A DNA stretch of 63,806 bases, filler included, from Bipalium vagum (lineage: Eukaryota): assembly GCA_037834085.1 (NCBI GenBank). It is 3 parts of 3 records of this genome, joined end to end, with 100 filler letters (N's around TTAATTAATTAA, not from the genome) between each part and the next. Parts side by side here need not be neighbours in the genome. Positions count along the whole stretch, not along the records: positions 33,929 to 63,806 come from JBBMKC010016053.1; 2 more parts are not named here. One strand, written 5' to 3'. The number at the start of each line of letters is the position of its first letter. Positions within the stretch are counted from its first letter, which is position 1. The position numbers and the translations under genes were made by a program. The notes below the pieces were generated by a model. That model had not been told where the DNA came from. It saw only the letters and a list, made by a program, of their open reading frames with translations, and ran no database searches. This document shows, piece by piece, positions 38,330 through 52,084 of this stretch.

Positions 38330-39116
38330 AATAACTGTTTTAGACGATGAGTAGGACTTTGATGGTTGAGAATATCTAGAAATCACGAGGTAATATATTA
38401 GGTGAATTTGGTTATTTAAATTATTTTAAATTTTTATTGTTTGCGAAATCGATGGTTTTGAAGACCGTATGAGAACTAATATTGTCATGATGAAGAATAA
38501 GTTGTCGAGCTCGATTGGTCTCTCTAATTTTGGAAATCACAGGTTGTATGCAAACTGTTGCATATAATTCAAGATTGACAGTTCTTTGATTCTCTAAAGT
38601 TATCATTGCTACAACACCTTTTACGAAGAAGAAATAGACATTTTTTCCTTTGTATCACTATTGGATTGAACAACTTTTGTTGATTTGGACTCCTCTGTAA
38701 ATATCTAAACTGTATATTGTTACTTACTTTCAGAGGTGTAAGAATAAATCCGCGCTTCTTCAACAATAATGATGTAATTTAAATTTGAAAAATCTCTGTT
38801 TAATTTCTGGGATGTTTTTATGCAGCTCTTTAACGGTGTTTCATTGGAAAAGGTTAAAGTTAGATTATCCAGATATTAGTTTGATGCAAAGCCACGTTTA
38901 AAATCAGATGTAATCATCGAACGATAATTTTCCCTTGTAAGCTTCATAATTTATTTATAACTTTTGTTTTAGATGTTAACCTATTTAAAAGAAGTTCCAT
39001 ATTTCAATTTATTCAAATGAGTTATTTTATTTTAATATAGATTTTTAGGATTACCAATTAATGAACGCGGATATCATTAAATTACATGATTCTACAAATT
39101 TTCACAGCCCCCTACG
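38330..39116 (-). mobile_element. Degraded mariner (5' TIR + transposase)
   Basis: N-terminus 'MKLTRENYRSMITSDFKRG'; ORF 38421-38606 'LENQRTVN...CIQPVISKIRETN...LILHHDNISSHT'; TIR-like end ...TTCACAGCCCCCTACG|TA. Confidence 0.8.
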
Positions 39117-40794
39117 TATCATTTTAAGTATTTTTACTATTTCAAATCTTTATGAAATGAAAATATATTATATTTTAAAATAATATTATGTTTCGTATAA
39201 TAATAATATTATTAAATAATAAATTATTAATAAATTTTCATCTAAATCCTCCTTGAATTTATATTTTATTGTACAAAATCTATAATAAAAAAAATTTTGA
39301 TTATATTTAGAAAAATAATATAAAATAATAAAAAATTAATTAATTTTCCTAGACTCATCAACATGTCTATTAACAAAATTTAAATTCTTAATAACATTGA
39401 ATGGGTGTGTAATAAATTATTTAATTTGTAAATAATGATCAATGTTTTTGGTAAAATTATAAGAACGATAATTGAATTTAGAGATATGAAGAAATGTGTA
39501 AATATTTATTATTGATAAAACATCAATGAATAATAACTTTCCATGTTGAAAGATTCATCTGTTGATATTAAGAAAGGAAACTGATTTCAGAAATAAATGG
39601 AAAGTTTTAACAATATTATGTTTTATCTGTAATGATTTCAATTTTAATTACTGTTATTATTAACAACAAGAGATTGAATTCCTCATTTATCTACCACAAA
39701 TTGGAATTTTCAAACAATGGGATTTTCATTTCTATTTCTATTATTATTTAATATAATTAATTATAAAAGTTAATTAATTATTCCATACTTCAGGTGGTGT
39801 AATAATTTTTGAATTTATCTGATTATAAAAATCTTGGTCTAACTTTAATAATTATTGTGTTCGTTTGGTTAAAACCTTTTTACAAGTCAATTAAGTCTAA
39901 CCCTTTATTTGATTACATCACAATTTAAATCAAAAATATCTTCAAGTAAATCACAAAATTTCAATCTTCGAAATTACCAAATGTGAAATATCAAAATAAG
40001 AATAAAATAAACGAAAATTACTGAGAATCGATGCATATTAACTTGAAAATTACTTTGAGTCGACTTCACTTCAGGCCATTCAGTAGAATACCTGGATCTT
40101 TACACTATCCAAGAACAATCTTTCATAAATTGCATAATTATCATCATTATTACCTCTCTACTTCAAAAGTACTACTTCATTAATAATACTGCTTTAATAA
40201 TAATGTTTCTTCAATAATAATGCTGCTCATTACGACTGTGACTCATCAGTTTTTGAAGCTCTTCTTAAAAGAGTATTCGACCAATCATGTCATTTGCTTT
40301 CAAACCTGAAAGTCGATTTTTATTCAGCTCTGTTAGGTAAAACATAATTAGATCTGCTCAATTCTGTCATAATCAAAATAATTAGTAAGCTCTATTGAGA
40401 GCCAATTAATTATAATCAATAGTTCTGATAAAACAATGCCTCAGGCATTTCTGGTCAAAATAAATAATTAAATATGACATAAACAAGCGAAAAGAGAAAT
40501 AATAAAATCTGCCTCATTTGTATGAAATAAATAATTGAATTTTATGATTATACTTTAATATTTTTATCATTATTATTATTTATTTAATATTGTTAATACT
40601 TTGTTATTTATTATTATTGTTTAATATTATTTTAATATGCTTATCCTTACCAGAGTAAAACTCAAAAAATATTATTTAAGTTATTAAATTTTTATCTTTA
40701 TAATTGAAAATGTTTATGGTCTATCAAAACTAGATATAATCATAATCCTTGTGCCATTATTTTGACCAATGTGAAATACTTGAGAAAAATAAGA

Positions 40795-41278
40795 CTATTA
40801 AAAAAGAACTCTATATAGTCCAGTTGCAAAGAGTGAAGGAAGTTATCCAACTGCAAAGTTCAGATCGTCGCAGTCATGTCATTTTGCTTCATGACAATGC
40901 ACGACCATAAACAGCGAATATAGTCAAAATAGCCCTCCAAGAGCTCAAATGGGAGATTCTTCAACATCCGCCCTACTGTCCTGACCTTGCGCCAACTGAC
41001 TTTCACCTCTATCGCTCATTGTCCAATCAAATGATAGGTGTTACATTCAAGAACGAGGAGGATCTCAAAAACTGGCTCAACAAATTCTTCGAGACCCGGA
41101 CTGGCGATTTCTGGAGAAATGGTATCAAGAAATTGGTCGAGAGGTGAGAGCAGGTCCAGAACAATAATGGAGACTATATTACTGATTGATTTATTATTTG
41201 CAATATTAATAAAATAATAGTGGTTTTCACAAAAAAACTTTTCAATAAAAAAACGCGGGAACTTATGTACCAACCTAA
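40795..41278 (+). mobile_element. Mariner 3' half, relatively well preserved
   Basis: 'VILLHDNARP*TA...WEILQHPPYCPDLAPTDFHLYRSL...FWRNGIKKLVER*' and right TIR ...GGAACTTATGTACCAACCTAA|TA. Confidence 0.92.
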
Positions 41279-41528
41279 TAATTTTAAATTATCATGAATA
41301 ACATTTCTTTACATTTTCGTTTTCTTTTCAGTTTAGAAAAAATACCATAAGAAAATATATCAAAAGTAAATAAATTTCTCTACAATCCTCTCTCATCAGT
41401 GTCAGTAACATGATAGAAGGAATTAAAATTTAATTAAAAATATTCCGCAGAAGAAATAAAGATAAATATATTAATAATTATTATTATTATTGCACATAAT
41501 AAAAATTAATAATATAATGATTCCATAC

Positions 41529-41712
41529 CTTTTATTTTTTTTTTCATTAGCCTCCAATGATCTCGCTAAGATTACTGTTAAAATACTATTAGAAGATTTA
41601 TATAGTTGCTGCTGCAAATATTTATAACTCCCATTACCGCATACATCAGTAACGCCTTTACTAGCGATTCCTCCAAGATGGTAAAGATTAAAATTATTGG
41701 AATGAGAAGCTC
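41529..41712 (-). CDS. SPON1: F-spondin exon, Spondin_N domain middle part
   Basis: ttttag|GA (phase 1) ... AG|gtatgg (phase 2, joins 34673 in frame). (G)ASHSNNFNLYHLGGIASKGVTDVCGNG...SNSILTVILAR aligns with F-spondin GASHS...YGGYASEGV...VLTVIKA. Not in the ORF track. Confidence 0.9.
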
Positions 41713-42094
41713 CTAAAATTTTCAGAGAGAAATTAATTTTTTGCCTAAATCTAAGTTATTAATATATTAACATGTATATAATATAGTAGAGACCCTCGCT
41801 GCTAAAGCTAGCAGGACATTCATTAAGACATCCCCAGCCATATAAAATAAATCAAAAATATGGATTTAAAAGGAAGTAAATCTTTTAAAAGAGGAGATCT
41901 GTGAACATGACTTGGTGGATTTACCATGATGATTAAATATGAAGTAAAATATTATAATCTTAGAAACATTACAAAAAAAAATTAATTTAAAAAATAGTGT
42001 CATTCGTTTTTAATTAAAAACGACACTGAGACTTCGTTGATAATTTACGCAAAATAAAATATATATATAAAAAACCGAAATGATTAAAATAATA

Positions 42095-43157
42095 TTGTGT
42101 TGTCCTATAAATAATGAAGCTTTTTGTATAAAAGTTTCAACTGATTGATATTATATTATTAGACAATATTCACGAAGAAAAATGAAATCCATAATTTAGA
42201 CAGATAAGAGGCAATTTTTTTGAATTTAAATTTTATACCATACGACATGTATAGAGTCAAAAACCTGTCAGTTTCTCATGAAGGGATCCTTCATTTTCAA
42301 AGCACCATCTTCGGAGAAAATGTGACATCGAACGAGAGAAATTAAAACAGAAGCTGTGACATCTGGCGAGTAAGTCGCATGTTGCAATAGTTCAAAATTT
42401 TCAAAGATTTCCGATTGATTAAATAAGGATATATGGTTGTCATAACTTTAAGTAAATTCTTAAATTGTGCTAAATAAATCTCAGAGTTTAAACTGCTATC
42501 ACCTGGCAGAAGTTCAAAGAAGAGAACATTACTTTTTTCTAAATCGCTGTACTTTAGGACAAAAAACAGACGACTCATTGATATTTTCTGTTTAGATTAT
42601 TAAGTAAGATCCACTTTTCATCCACACCATCAATTCTTTTGAAAAAACGGTATTCCAATTGGTTTTTAAAAGTGATTTACAAATTTCAAGTCGTTTATTT
42701 AACTGAGTTTCACAACAGTCGAGTACAAGACCTCTATAGTTTTCCCAAATAGAATGAAGATGTCATTGAATAATGGACTTTGTAGGAAAATTTTCAGTAA
42801 CTATGGTCATAATTGAGAACTTTTTAAGACGGACTGAATTCAACAGATTATTTCAAGATGACTACATCAAACACAAATACCTTTTTGTAAACTGGTTGAC
42901 GTTGGCAGCTCGTATCACCAGGTTTGAACTTTTTAAACTACTATATGAGTGCCCAATTGCTTCTCTTTTGTAATAAAACGGATGGCTTCAACATGGATAA
43001 TTTTTTCTAATAATGTGGTTAAAGCATTAAAATCTATTATTTTGTGATCATATTTGGCGCTTAAAATAGATTATGAAAACAAAGTGATATAATAAAATTT
43101 CTCACTATTATATTTAAGTCTTAAAAACAAAAATAACATTGTTATGGGACATCATAA
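42095..43157 (-). mobile_element. Mariner element with both TIRs, decayed
   Basis: TA-flanked TIRs TTGTGTTGTCCTATAAATAATG / revcomp TTATGATGTCCCATAACAATG; 'RIDGVDEKWI', 'FFELLPGDSSLNSEIYLAQF'. Confidence 0.8.
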
Positions 43158-44346
43158 TAATTACCTATCAAAATCCTATTTAGTGTATATGCTGAAAAAG
43201 AAGAACCAGTGAGAAAAAACTGTAACAGTTGTCAGTAAATAATAATTTATCAATGTTAATTAAATAATTATTTAAGTTTGATCAGAAGACTGTTTTTCGA
43301 CGGGTGATCAGTATAAAACAAATTAGATTATCAAATTAAGATAAAACTTGGATAAATATCTAATTTCGATCAGAACGTTGTTTCTTAGTGATCAGGATAA
43401 AATAAAATAATTTAAGATCGAAATAAAAATTATTATCGATAAGTAAAATTTGATAATTGAATCAGGGTGTAAAAGTGACAAACTCACTAAGTGAAACTCA
43501 CCCTAGTTACAAGGTAAAAATTAGGCCTGGAAAAGGTATAAATCTGTGATATCTTTCGATTTTTCAAATTTAAGTACCCGGTTCTAACTAAGAACTATAG
43601 TGACGTCTACCTTAAGTCTTATTTTACTTTTTCCATTTAATTCGGTCTAAGCATATATTGATTGCTCTTTCAGAGACCTAAAATGAGAAAAAGATATTTT
43701 TCTTTTAAATAAGCAGAGTGGACATTTTTGAAATCGGCTTAATGATTAAGGTATTATGTTGCAAGTATTTAAGAAGAAGTCGAAGACGAATTGTATTTTT
43801 TATTTATTATAAGTTTTCATCACAGACATTTTATTTATATTATCATACATATTAGGCTAGGATTTATGAGTATCACAGTATAAAAACACTTAATTCAGCT
43901 CTTAAGCTGAGCAATATTAATAATTTATCATTATTACGTATTTTAATAATTATTCAAAATGTAATACAATTATCATCTTATTTTTTAATAAATGATATAT
44001 AATATTTCATTTAAACATATTGTTCATTAATTAACTTTTTCGGAAAGCGTAACATGGATGTAATAACGAAAATTGGATTTTTCATATTTTTCTTCAGGGA
44101 AATTATTCAGAAATAATCATTAATACTCTTAATATTTTTTATATATATTTATTGAATTATAAATGATTTTAAACAAAAATATAAATAAATAATTACCTAT
44201 TTTCCTGAAAATCTGTGAAATATTCACAGACGAAAATCAAAATAATAATCATAATAATAATAATATATTCAAATTTTAAATCATGTATAAATGTACTATC
44301 AAATACATTATAAAATCAACATATATACTTGGAAATTATTATTGTA

Positions 44347-44700
44347 CAATACCCTCCAAAAGTTTGTTCACCCCCTATCAAAATAAATAAAAACAAATGT
44401 AAGTCAAGATATATTTATCAAATGTTCACCACAATTACGTTCTAATACTTAGTTGGATGCCCTTTCATATTGAGAACAGATTTGACTCGCATCGCCAGTG
44501 ATTTTACGAGAAATTGACAATATTTTCTATCCAAAGAATACCAGTGTTGTTGAACAACTTTCCACAATTGTTCTTTGGAAGGCATGGAACATGTTGCATT
44601 GCATGCTTAAAGTATTCCCAAATATTTTCGATTGGGTTGACATCCGGAGAATTTCCTGGCCAATCTAGCACATCAATATTTTTACTTTTAAAGTACTTAT
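44347..44700 (-). mobile_element. Tc1-like transposon 3' end
   Basis: 'IDVLDWPGNSPDVNPIENIW' Tc1 motif, terminal 'KGHPTKY*', TIR TA|CAATACCCTCCAAAAGTTTGTTCACC. Confidence 0.85.
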
Positions 44701-45440
44701 ACGTGCACGCATTAGGAATGATCCAAAAGTATGAATAATGAATACCATATGATTTGACCGAAAGACAGCGATGAAATTACAAAACTGTTTGCGAAATGTT
44801 ACTTAAAAGCACTCATCTTTGAATCTAATTATAACTGGTAATGAAAAATGGCTGTTTTATAAGAATCCCAAGAGTAGATAATCATATGTATTGCCCGCAC
44901 AACCATCAATATCGACAGTACAAAGATGGACGAACAGAAGTAAAGTTATTCTATGCATCTGGTGGGACCAAACGGGAGTATTGCACAATGAACTTCTCAA
45001 ACCATTCGAAAATGTAACGTGTAGTTACTTGATTTAAATTGAGCAATAAGTACCAAGAGACTACAATATTGCCTAAGATCATTTTACAACCAAATAACGC
45101 CAGACCATATCTTGCGAAACCAGTTAAAGAAAAATTGAAAAGACTTGGCTAGAAGGTTGTACTTCACCCACCGTACTTATATGACATAGCACATATGACT
45201 TCCACTTGTTTCGATCCACACAGCATTCTCTTACTGGATAGACCTTCAATTCCCTATGAAAAAAATATATATGGATCAATGGATAGCTTCAAAGGACCAA
45301 GATTTCTTTTACCGCGGAATCCAATCTTTACCCGAAAGATTGTAAAAAATTGTAGCTGCTACCTGCCATGTTTTGTTACTTCTAAATAAACAACTTTATT
45401 TTCATTAAAAAAATCTACGAGAATTAATTCCCATACCCAA
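44701..45440 (+). mobile_element. Mariner (mauritiana-like) 3' two-thirds
   Basis: 'HALGMIQK...IPYDLTERQR...TVCEMLL', 'ITGNEKWLFYKNPK', 'KVILCIWWDQTGVLHNELL', 'NNARP', 'HPPYLYDIA'; right TIR ...TTAATTCCCATACCCAA. Confidence 0.85.
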
Positions 45441-47219
45441 TGGGCTGTATTATAATTTTTCGAGATTTTGTAATTTTATATTTCTCTTTTATGGTTTCTT
45501 TTTTATTTAATACCAAATACATTTATTTCAAAGATGTTTTTCTGCCTTCAAAAGCACAGTAAAAAAAATTTTGTCTTGTCAATTTATTTTCGGCGTGGAA
45601 ATTGTTTTGCCTCTGTCTATTTTGAATAGGTATTGTAAGAATATATAATTAACTAAATATTTGGTTGAACAATATTTAAATTTAATTTCATTATGTCCCT
45701 TCCCATTTTTATACCTAGCATATTTTTTCTGAAACCCCCAAAATTATGTTTATTTTAATATTATTAGTTTATGTTTTGTGTATCTATAATATCTAAAATC
45801 GTTAATTTCTTTATAGAAAAATATTTGTTTGTTTATATCGTTTAAATTTATTAAAACAAACCACCTTCAAAATCCACATTAAAAACAACAGCATACTTTG
45901 GATGTATATAATATTTCCTGTTTGTTTTAATGTGTTCTGATTTCATGAATATTTTTTATTTTAATCAATTAAATTATTTATATTTTGTCAAGCATATCTC
46001 AAGTATCATATTAATACAAAAGCTTGAGAAATTCGTGTGATGCGAGAAGACTTAATGATTTCCTATCAATAAGAATTTATGTCTTGTAATTAATGAGGAT
46101 TTTTCATTTAGATTCCTCTCCAAAATTTGATTAAAGGGAAAACAAATTAGAAACGTATGTACCCCAGCTGTCACATTCAATCCGATCGACATTACAATAA
46201 ACGTCTCACAGAAATCCAAGCAAAACTTATTTCTTGTGAAACATTTTTTATTTCTTCAATTTATAATTTTTTCAGATTAATCATGAATTGATATAAAATT
46301 TGTATTTCGGCAAGCTTTTATTTTAGTAATTTATTTTTATTTCAAAAATATTTCGTGCTTGTTTTAATAAAGTAAAATAAAAGACAAATGTTATTATTAC
46401 ATTATTTTTGTTTTAATGATACCCTACAATCCAGAATCGAAGGTGTATATTACGGATTTTTATCTAATTATTAATTAAGGTTATTAGTTAAGGTTGTCCT
46501 TAACGGGTTATTGATCTTTTTACCATCTGTAATAATTCGTTTAAATCGAACTGGATTATTGATTAATTATTTATTTCCTAATTACTGTTAGAATATATTC
46601 TGGAAATTTAGGTATAATAATGTACTTGAAATGAGCCAATCTTATTAACAGAAAGACTGACAATGCAGAACTGTCCATAAATTACTCCAGGAGAAAGGAA
46701 ATGAATTAATAATTAACAATGTTTACTAAAATTAAAGTGAATAAATATCATTTTTCTCTGTATATGTTCAAGACATGAAATCCTTCAGATATTTTGATTA
46801 ATTAAACTTGCTATACTTATTTTGAGAAATATTTTATTTAATTAAAAGAAAAAAATTTTTAATGAAATTTGTTTAAAGTAACTTATAAATATTTATATAA
46901 ATCACGTTTTGTTTTAAATAAGAGAATCGTCTTTTATTATAATTAATATAATTAATTAATTAATAGAATATCAATGATAAAGTTATTAATTTAATTATTT
47001 TAATAATTAAAATAATTATATTTTATCTTAAGGTCAATTTTCTTGTAATTTCTCTATTATTTCTCATCATCCAACTGAAGAAATGATAATATTTTTTCAA
47101 TATTTTTTTTAATTCTCTTATTTAAATAGAAACAGAAAAAACCTTCTTTTTAACATAATTTTTTTGAGATCTGTGTATTTTGTGTTTAACAGGAGGCTAA
47201 TCAGACTATGGGGCTCTTA

Positions 47220-48020
47220 TTAGGAGTACCAATAAGTAATCAATTATTAAAGTGGCAAAACACAAAAAGAATTTAAATATATTTATTTCTATTTTTAATC
47301 GATTATATAATTTCCATCGTTGTCTAGGACCTTTTTCCATCTTGTTGGTAGAGTTTCAATTTCCCGGCCATAAAATTCTGTATCCTTTGAAGAGAAATAT
47401 AATTCTGGGTGAGTTCGAACATCATCGACATTTTTGAAATTTTGATTCTTCAGTGAATGTTCCATGGACCGGAATAAAAGAAAATCCGATGGCCCTATGT
47501 CTGGAGAATATGGGAGATGTGGTAAAACTTCCCAGTCTAGCTGCCTTATTTTTCTTGGCTTAATTTTTCTGCATGAGGTCTTGCATTATCATGTTGTAAT
47601 ATTACCCCTTTCTGTCAACCAAACCTGGTCGTTTTACGAACAATTGGTTTCGTAATCTATCCAATTGTTGGCAATACAATTTAGCCCTAATTGTTTCTCC
47701 TGATTTCAATAGTTCAAAATGAATTATGCCGCCACAGTCCCACCAAACGCACAATAATACCTTCTTTAGAGTGAGGGATGGTTTCGGAATGGGTACGGTT
47801 AGTTGATTTGGAGAAAGCCATTGCTTGGTGCACTTGTTGTTGTTGTACAAGATACATTTCTAGTCACCAGTAACAATCCTTCTTAAAAACGGATCATTTC
47901 TTTGTTGATCTTTACTCATCTCCGACAATATATGTGGGATCTATATACCCTGCCTGTAAACATTCCCGATTTCTTTAAGATGTCTTTGAACTGTTGACCA
48001 AGTAGCTTGAAGAGTTTTTA
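47220..48020 (-). mobile_element. Mariner (3' two-thirds with TIR)
   Basis: ORF 47602-47850 'KKVLLCVWWDCGGIIHFELL...YCQQLDRL', plus 'HDNARPH', 'YSPDIGPSD'; TIR TA|TTAGGAGTACCAATAAGT. Confidence 0.9.
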
Positions 48021-49799
48021 ATAATTGTTTATTGTTTTAAGAAATACATTATTATAAAATTTTAACAAAACATAAAACAATTTTTTGTAACTTGTGCACT
48101 GTAATTCAATTAATCTTTATATATTTTACCATAATCTGTTCACTATGGTTCTTATGTCAATAACAATATCTCGTTACAGAAATAAATTAATTCGTAATAG
48201 AAAAAATATAATATTTTTGCATCTTTACAGTAGAAGTTCAAAAGAAAATGAAATATTTCCATGATTATGAGTGGTTAGTCAGAAACTTAATATCTTTCGG
48301 TTAGTATACCGCAGAAAATTTCAAAGTAATTATGAGCAATTCGATAATAACGATGATGATAATAAAGATTTGTGAGTCATTGTTCATAAAAGAACGAAAA
48401 CCAGATACTAATATTCAAATAAGAGAAAGTAAAAACCAATGGATTGTCAGAGTCTTCTCTGATTAATTAAAATTAGTATTTTAAAAATAATAGAATATCC
48501 ATAATAATTCTATCCAACCAGAATTTGACAAAATATTTTAATTAAAAAATAATACTATCATGTAAATAATTGAAATGTTTAATATCAATGACTGACGAAG
48601 AACTGAAAAGAAAGTTCGAAACATGTTTCATAATAATAATTATTTTGTAAATTGCTGAAAAGAGTTTATTTGATTGAAAAATTTGCTATTTACTTATCAT
48701 TATTTTCCATTAATAACAAAAAATCATTCACTAATCATTTTACCAATTTTATTGTCACAGTCTGTCATATTCTGTTCCTCTTCTCAGACAATGGCATCAT
48801 TTTCTATCACAGAATTCTAATTTTGGAGAATCATAAAATTGATAAAATTATTTTTATATTTGAAATAAATTATTCTCACTAAAACCAAACCATTTAATCT
48901 GTGTATTGTAAAAGAAGACAGCATCAAATGATGATAAAACGTTCACGAAAATATAAATAATCAATCATCATAAGGGTCTTAACGAGGATTATATTTCTAA
49001 GAAGATTGTAATTCTATTCCATCGGAATATCAATCGGCATTTCATTTACAACGGTAAATTATCGGAATAATTGTGCATACTTTTTAATTCTCTATAATTA
49101 CAGATAATTCTACTAGTAGAAATCGCACGTTCAATTTCACGGTTAATTCCACTTCTATTAGAATTTGATCATTATTGTTATTTCAAAGAGATTCTTAAAA
49201 GGTTTCTAAAAACGAAAAAGAGAAAAAAGTTTATTCAATTACAGACAATGAAATTAATCAGTCATTATATAAAATTGCATTGGACGATTTAGGACTTGTT
49301 TGCAAAAATAATTTTTTGAATTTTTAGATTTTCTTTAGTTTTTATTCTATATATTTTTAAAATGGTCTTTTATCACGACAAGTCCTATCAAGAAATCCTA
49401 TTATATAAATTGTGGTTAGTAAAATGGATAATGATATAGTTTTGATGAAAAGTACTCGTAATTACAACGTTTAGATGAGAATAATCTTGTAATAATTGCA
49501 ATGTACAGGTTGCGTTTAAAATAAGTGTCCGATTTTGGATATCAGTAAAAACATACTTATCATAATTAATTAATTCAATTAAACTTTTTCTAAGAAATAG
49601 AATTACCAAAATTTAATGTTATATTTTATCTTTTAAAATAAATCAATATTATCGAATTTCTTTTCAGTAAATTCAAATTAAATACTAAGAGTTAAGATGG
49701 AATCTGTCCCATTAGCCAGACGATTTTTAGAACACATGGGGTGGAGGAGCACACACATCTAGAACAATGAGGAAGATATTTTTAAAATATGCAAAATAC

Positions 49800-50458
49800 G
49801 TCCGTTTTAGAAAGAAGAAAGATAAAAAAGTTAGGTAAGTGTAATGAAACGGGCAGTTATCATGACGCAGAAAAAAGTGATAGGCCGAAGAAGACGGCAT
49901 TCTATAGTTTTCAATCCATGGTATACGATAGAAAATGTTCGAAATAAATTCCACAGGAGCACGATTATTAGTCGTCTGAAATCCATGGATTTGAAAGCTT
50001 TCAAAGCCTCTCCTAACTCAAACGAGTCGGAAGAAGAGATTGCAATTTGCAAAGACCTGTCGACATTGGACCTCAAAAGATTGAAAAATGTTCTGTGGTC
50101 TAATGAGTCCTGATAAACATGTTTGTACACTATTATTATATGTTCACAGACAAACTAGTGAAAGGTACAACGAAAGGTACACACAACAAGACAGTGAAGC
50201 ATACACAGTCCTTGTTAATATGAGGTGTATTAGGGCCAACGGTCAGCAACTAGAAAATGTTATAAAGTCCGTTTTCCTTACAGAAATAAACGGCAAGCTC
50301 TTTGCGAAGTATGTGAATTCAATGTGAATTCAAGCCGTTATTACTGCCCGTGGAGGATCCAACAAAATATTAATTTTTATTTTGTAAATAAATTTCCATT
50401 GGTCTTTAATTTGACTATATGTACTTCATAAGGTGCCTTAAACTTTGGTACACCACTG
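49800..50458 (+). mobile_element. Internally deleted Tc1-like transposon
   Basis: 'HRSTIISRL...KNVLWSNES' (VLWSDES motif), terminal 'ARGGS' and right TIR ...GGTGCCTTAAACTTTGGTACACCACTG|TA. Confidence 0.75.
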
Positions 50459-52084
50459 TAATGATCTAGAAAATTAATTAGATACTGCCTGACAAAATAA
50501 TTTAACAGGTACATATATTGGCAGATTAAAATGTGAAAACTACAATTTTTTAAGAAAAGAGAAATAATAAAATTAGAAATAAACATCATTCCCAATATAA
50601 AATTAGTAAAGTTTGTTCTGGTTGATATTCTGATATTTATTGATGTAATGACTTTTTTTATTTATTAAATCAATTTTAAAAAAAATATTTAAAAAATGAA
50701 AAAGTTTTAATAATAAGTCACATTTTACAATGATCAAAATAATTTCCAAAAATATATAAATATTTTAATTTAATTAAAATTAGTAATTGTTTTATTTGGT
50801 TTCTGTGCGTATATAATAATATATTATTATTATTATTATATAATAATACGTATTATATTAAATATAAATAAAATTTTAAAAATAAAAAATTGTTTTGTTG
50901 AATAAATAACGTGAAACCCCTGATAAAAGTATATGCTTATATATTTAATATTAATATACTAAATAACAAATATAATTCTGAAATATCAACATAATTATAA
51001 AGTTTATTAACACTACTTTTTGTTTCATTAAAACAAATGTAATTTATTTTTTAATATATTTTTGTTAAAGAGATGTGGGCATTGTTAAAAGCAAAGAATT
51101 ATTACGGAAACCTGAATAAAAAAACAGTTAGTACATTTTAATACATAGTACAATGTTATTTCTTCATAAACGAAGAAATAAAATAAATTAAAAATTAAAT
51201 TGCTAGGACCGTTTTTTTCATAAAATATAAAATCGATGAAGAAAACTATTAACTAATGAAGAGAGAAAAAACAGGAAAATTCTCCACAATTTTCAACATT
51301 AATTTATTATATATACTTTCAACGATTTCTAATTCAGTCTGCCTGTTTAAAGGAATTTTGATAAAGGTTTTTAATAAATTAGCAAAACAAAGAAAAATCC
51401 GAGACAATAAAACAAAAAAATCATCAGGAATTATAAACAGTTACAGTCAGTATGGAATTTTCAAATATCATTAATAAATTTTGTTTGGAAAAAGTCAATA
51501 TTAAATTTTAATTTTTTTTCCATTTAATAAAAAAGCAGGAAAAAATCTTTGTAAAAATTAGAATTTCAATAATTTTTGTGATAATTGAAAATTGTTGATG
51601 AGTTTCAAATAGTTGAATTGGCTTAATTAATCAGGCTCATTAGAGCCAGGGGCTTTATAAATTAAATGATTTACATTTCTACTAAGACAGGCGGCCTCCC
51701 ATCTTTCTCTGGCTTGCATAACTATTCAGCACTTTTCGCTCTCTAAATCATAATGGACTCATGTTTGGTCATTATCATTTTGATTAATTTTAATCGCCCA
51801 ATAGATGGAATAATTTTGTTTTAATTTTAACGATGAAATCGATGAAGAATTTTCCCCTTCATTATTGCCATTATTATTTATCTGATGGAAACGTTCTCTC
51901 TTGTTTTAATCATTTAATTTAAACATTTCTATCAATATTTTATGTAATATTTCATTGAACTTTAATTAAAATCAAAACTAGAAACAATTTTAGTAAACAT
52001 AAAAGTCGTTTTCGATGAAAAAACAAAATTTATTATTAAAAACAATAATCAACTCTTTAAACCAAAAGGTACTCTTCATTATTG

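Noticed and set aside
43274-43420. Two degenerate direct repeats (GATCAGAA...GTGATCAG.ATAAAA)
   Set aside because: Only two diverged units; not a CRISPR-like or otherwise interpretable array.
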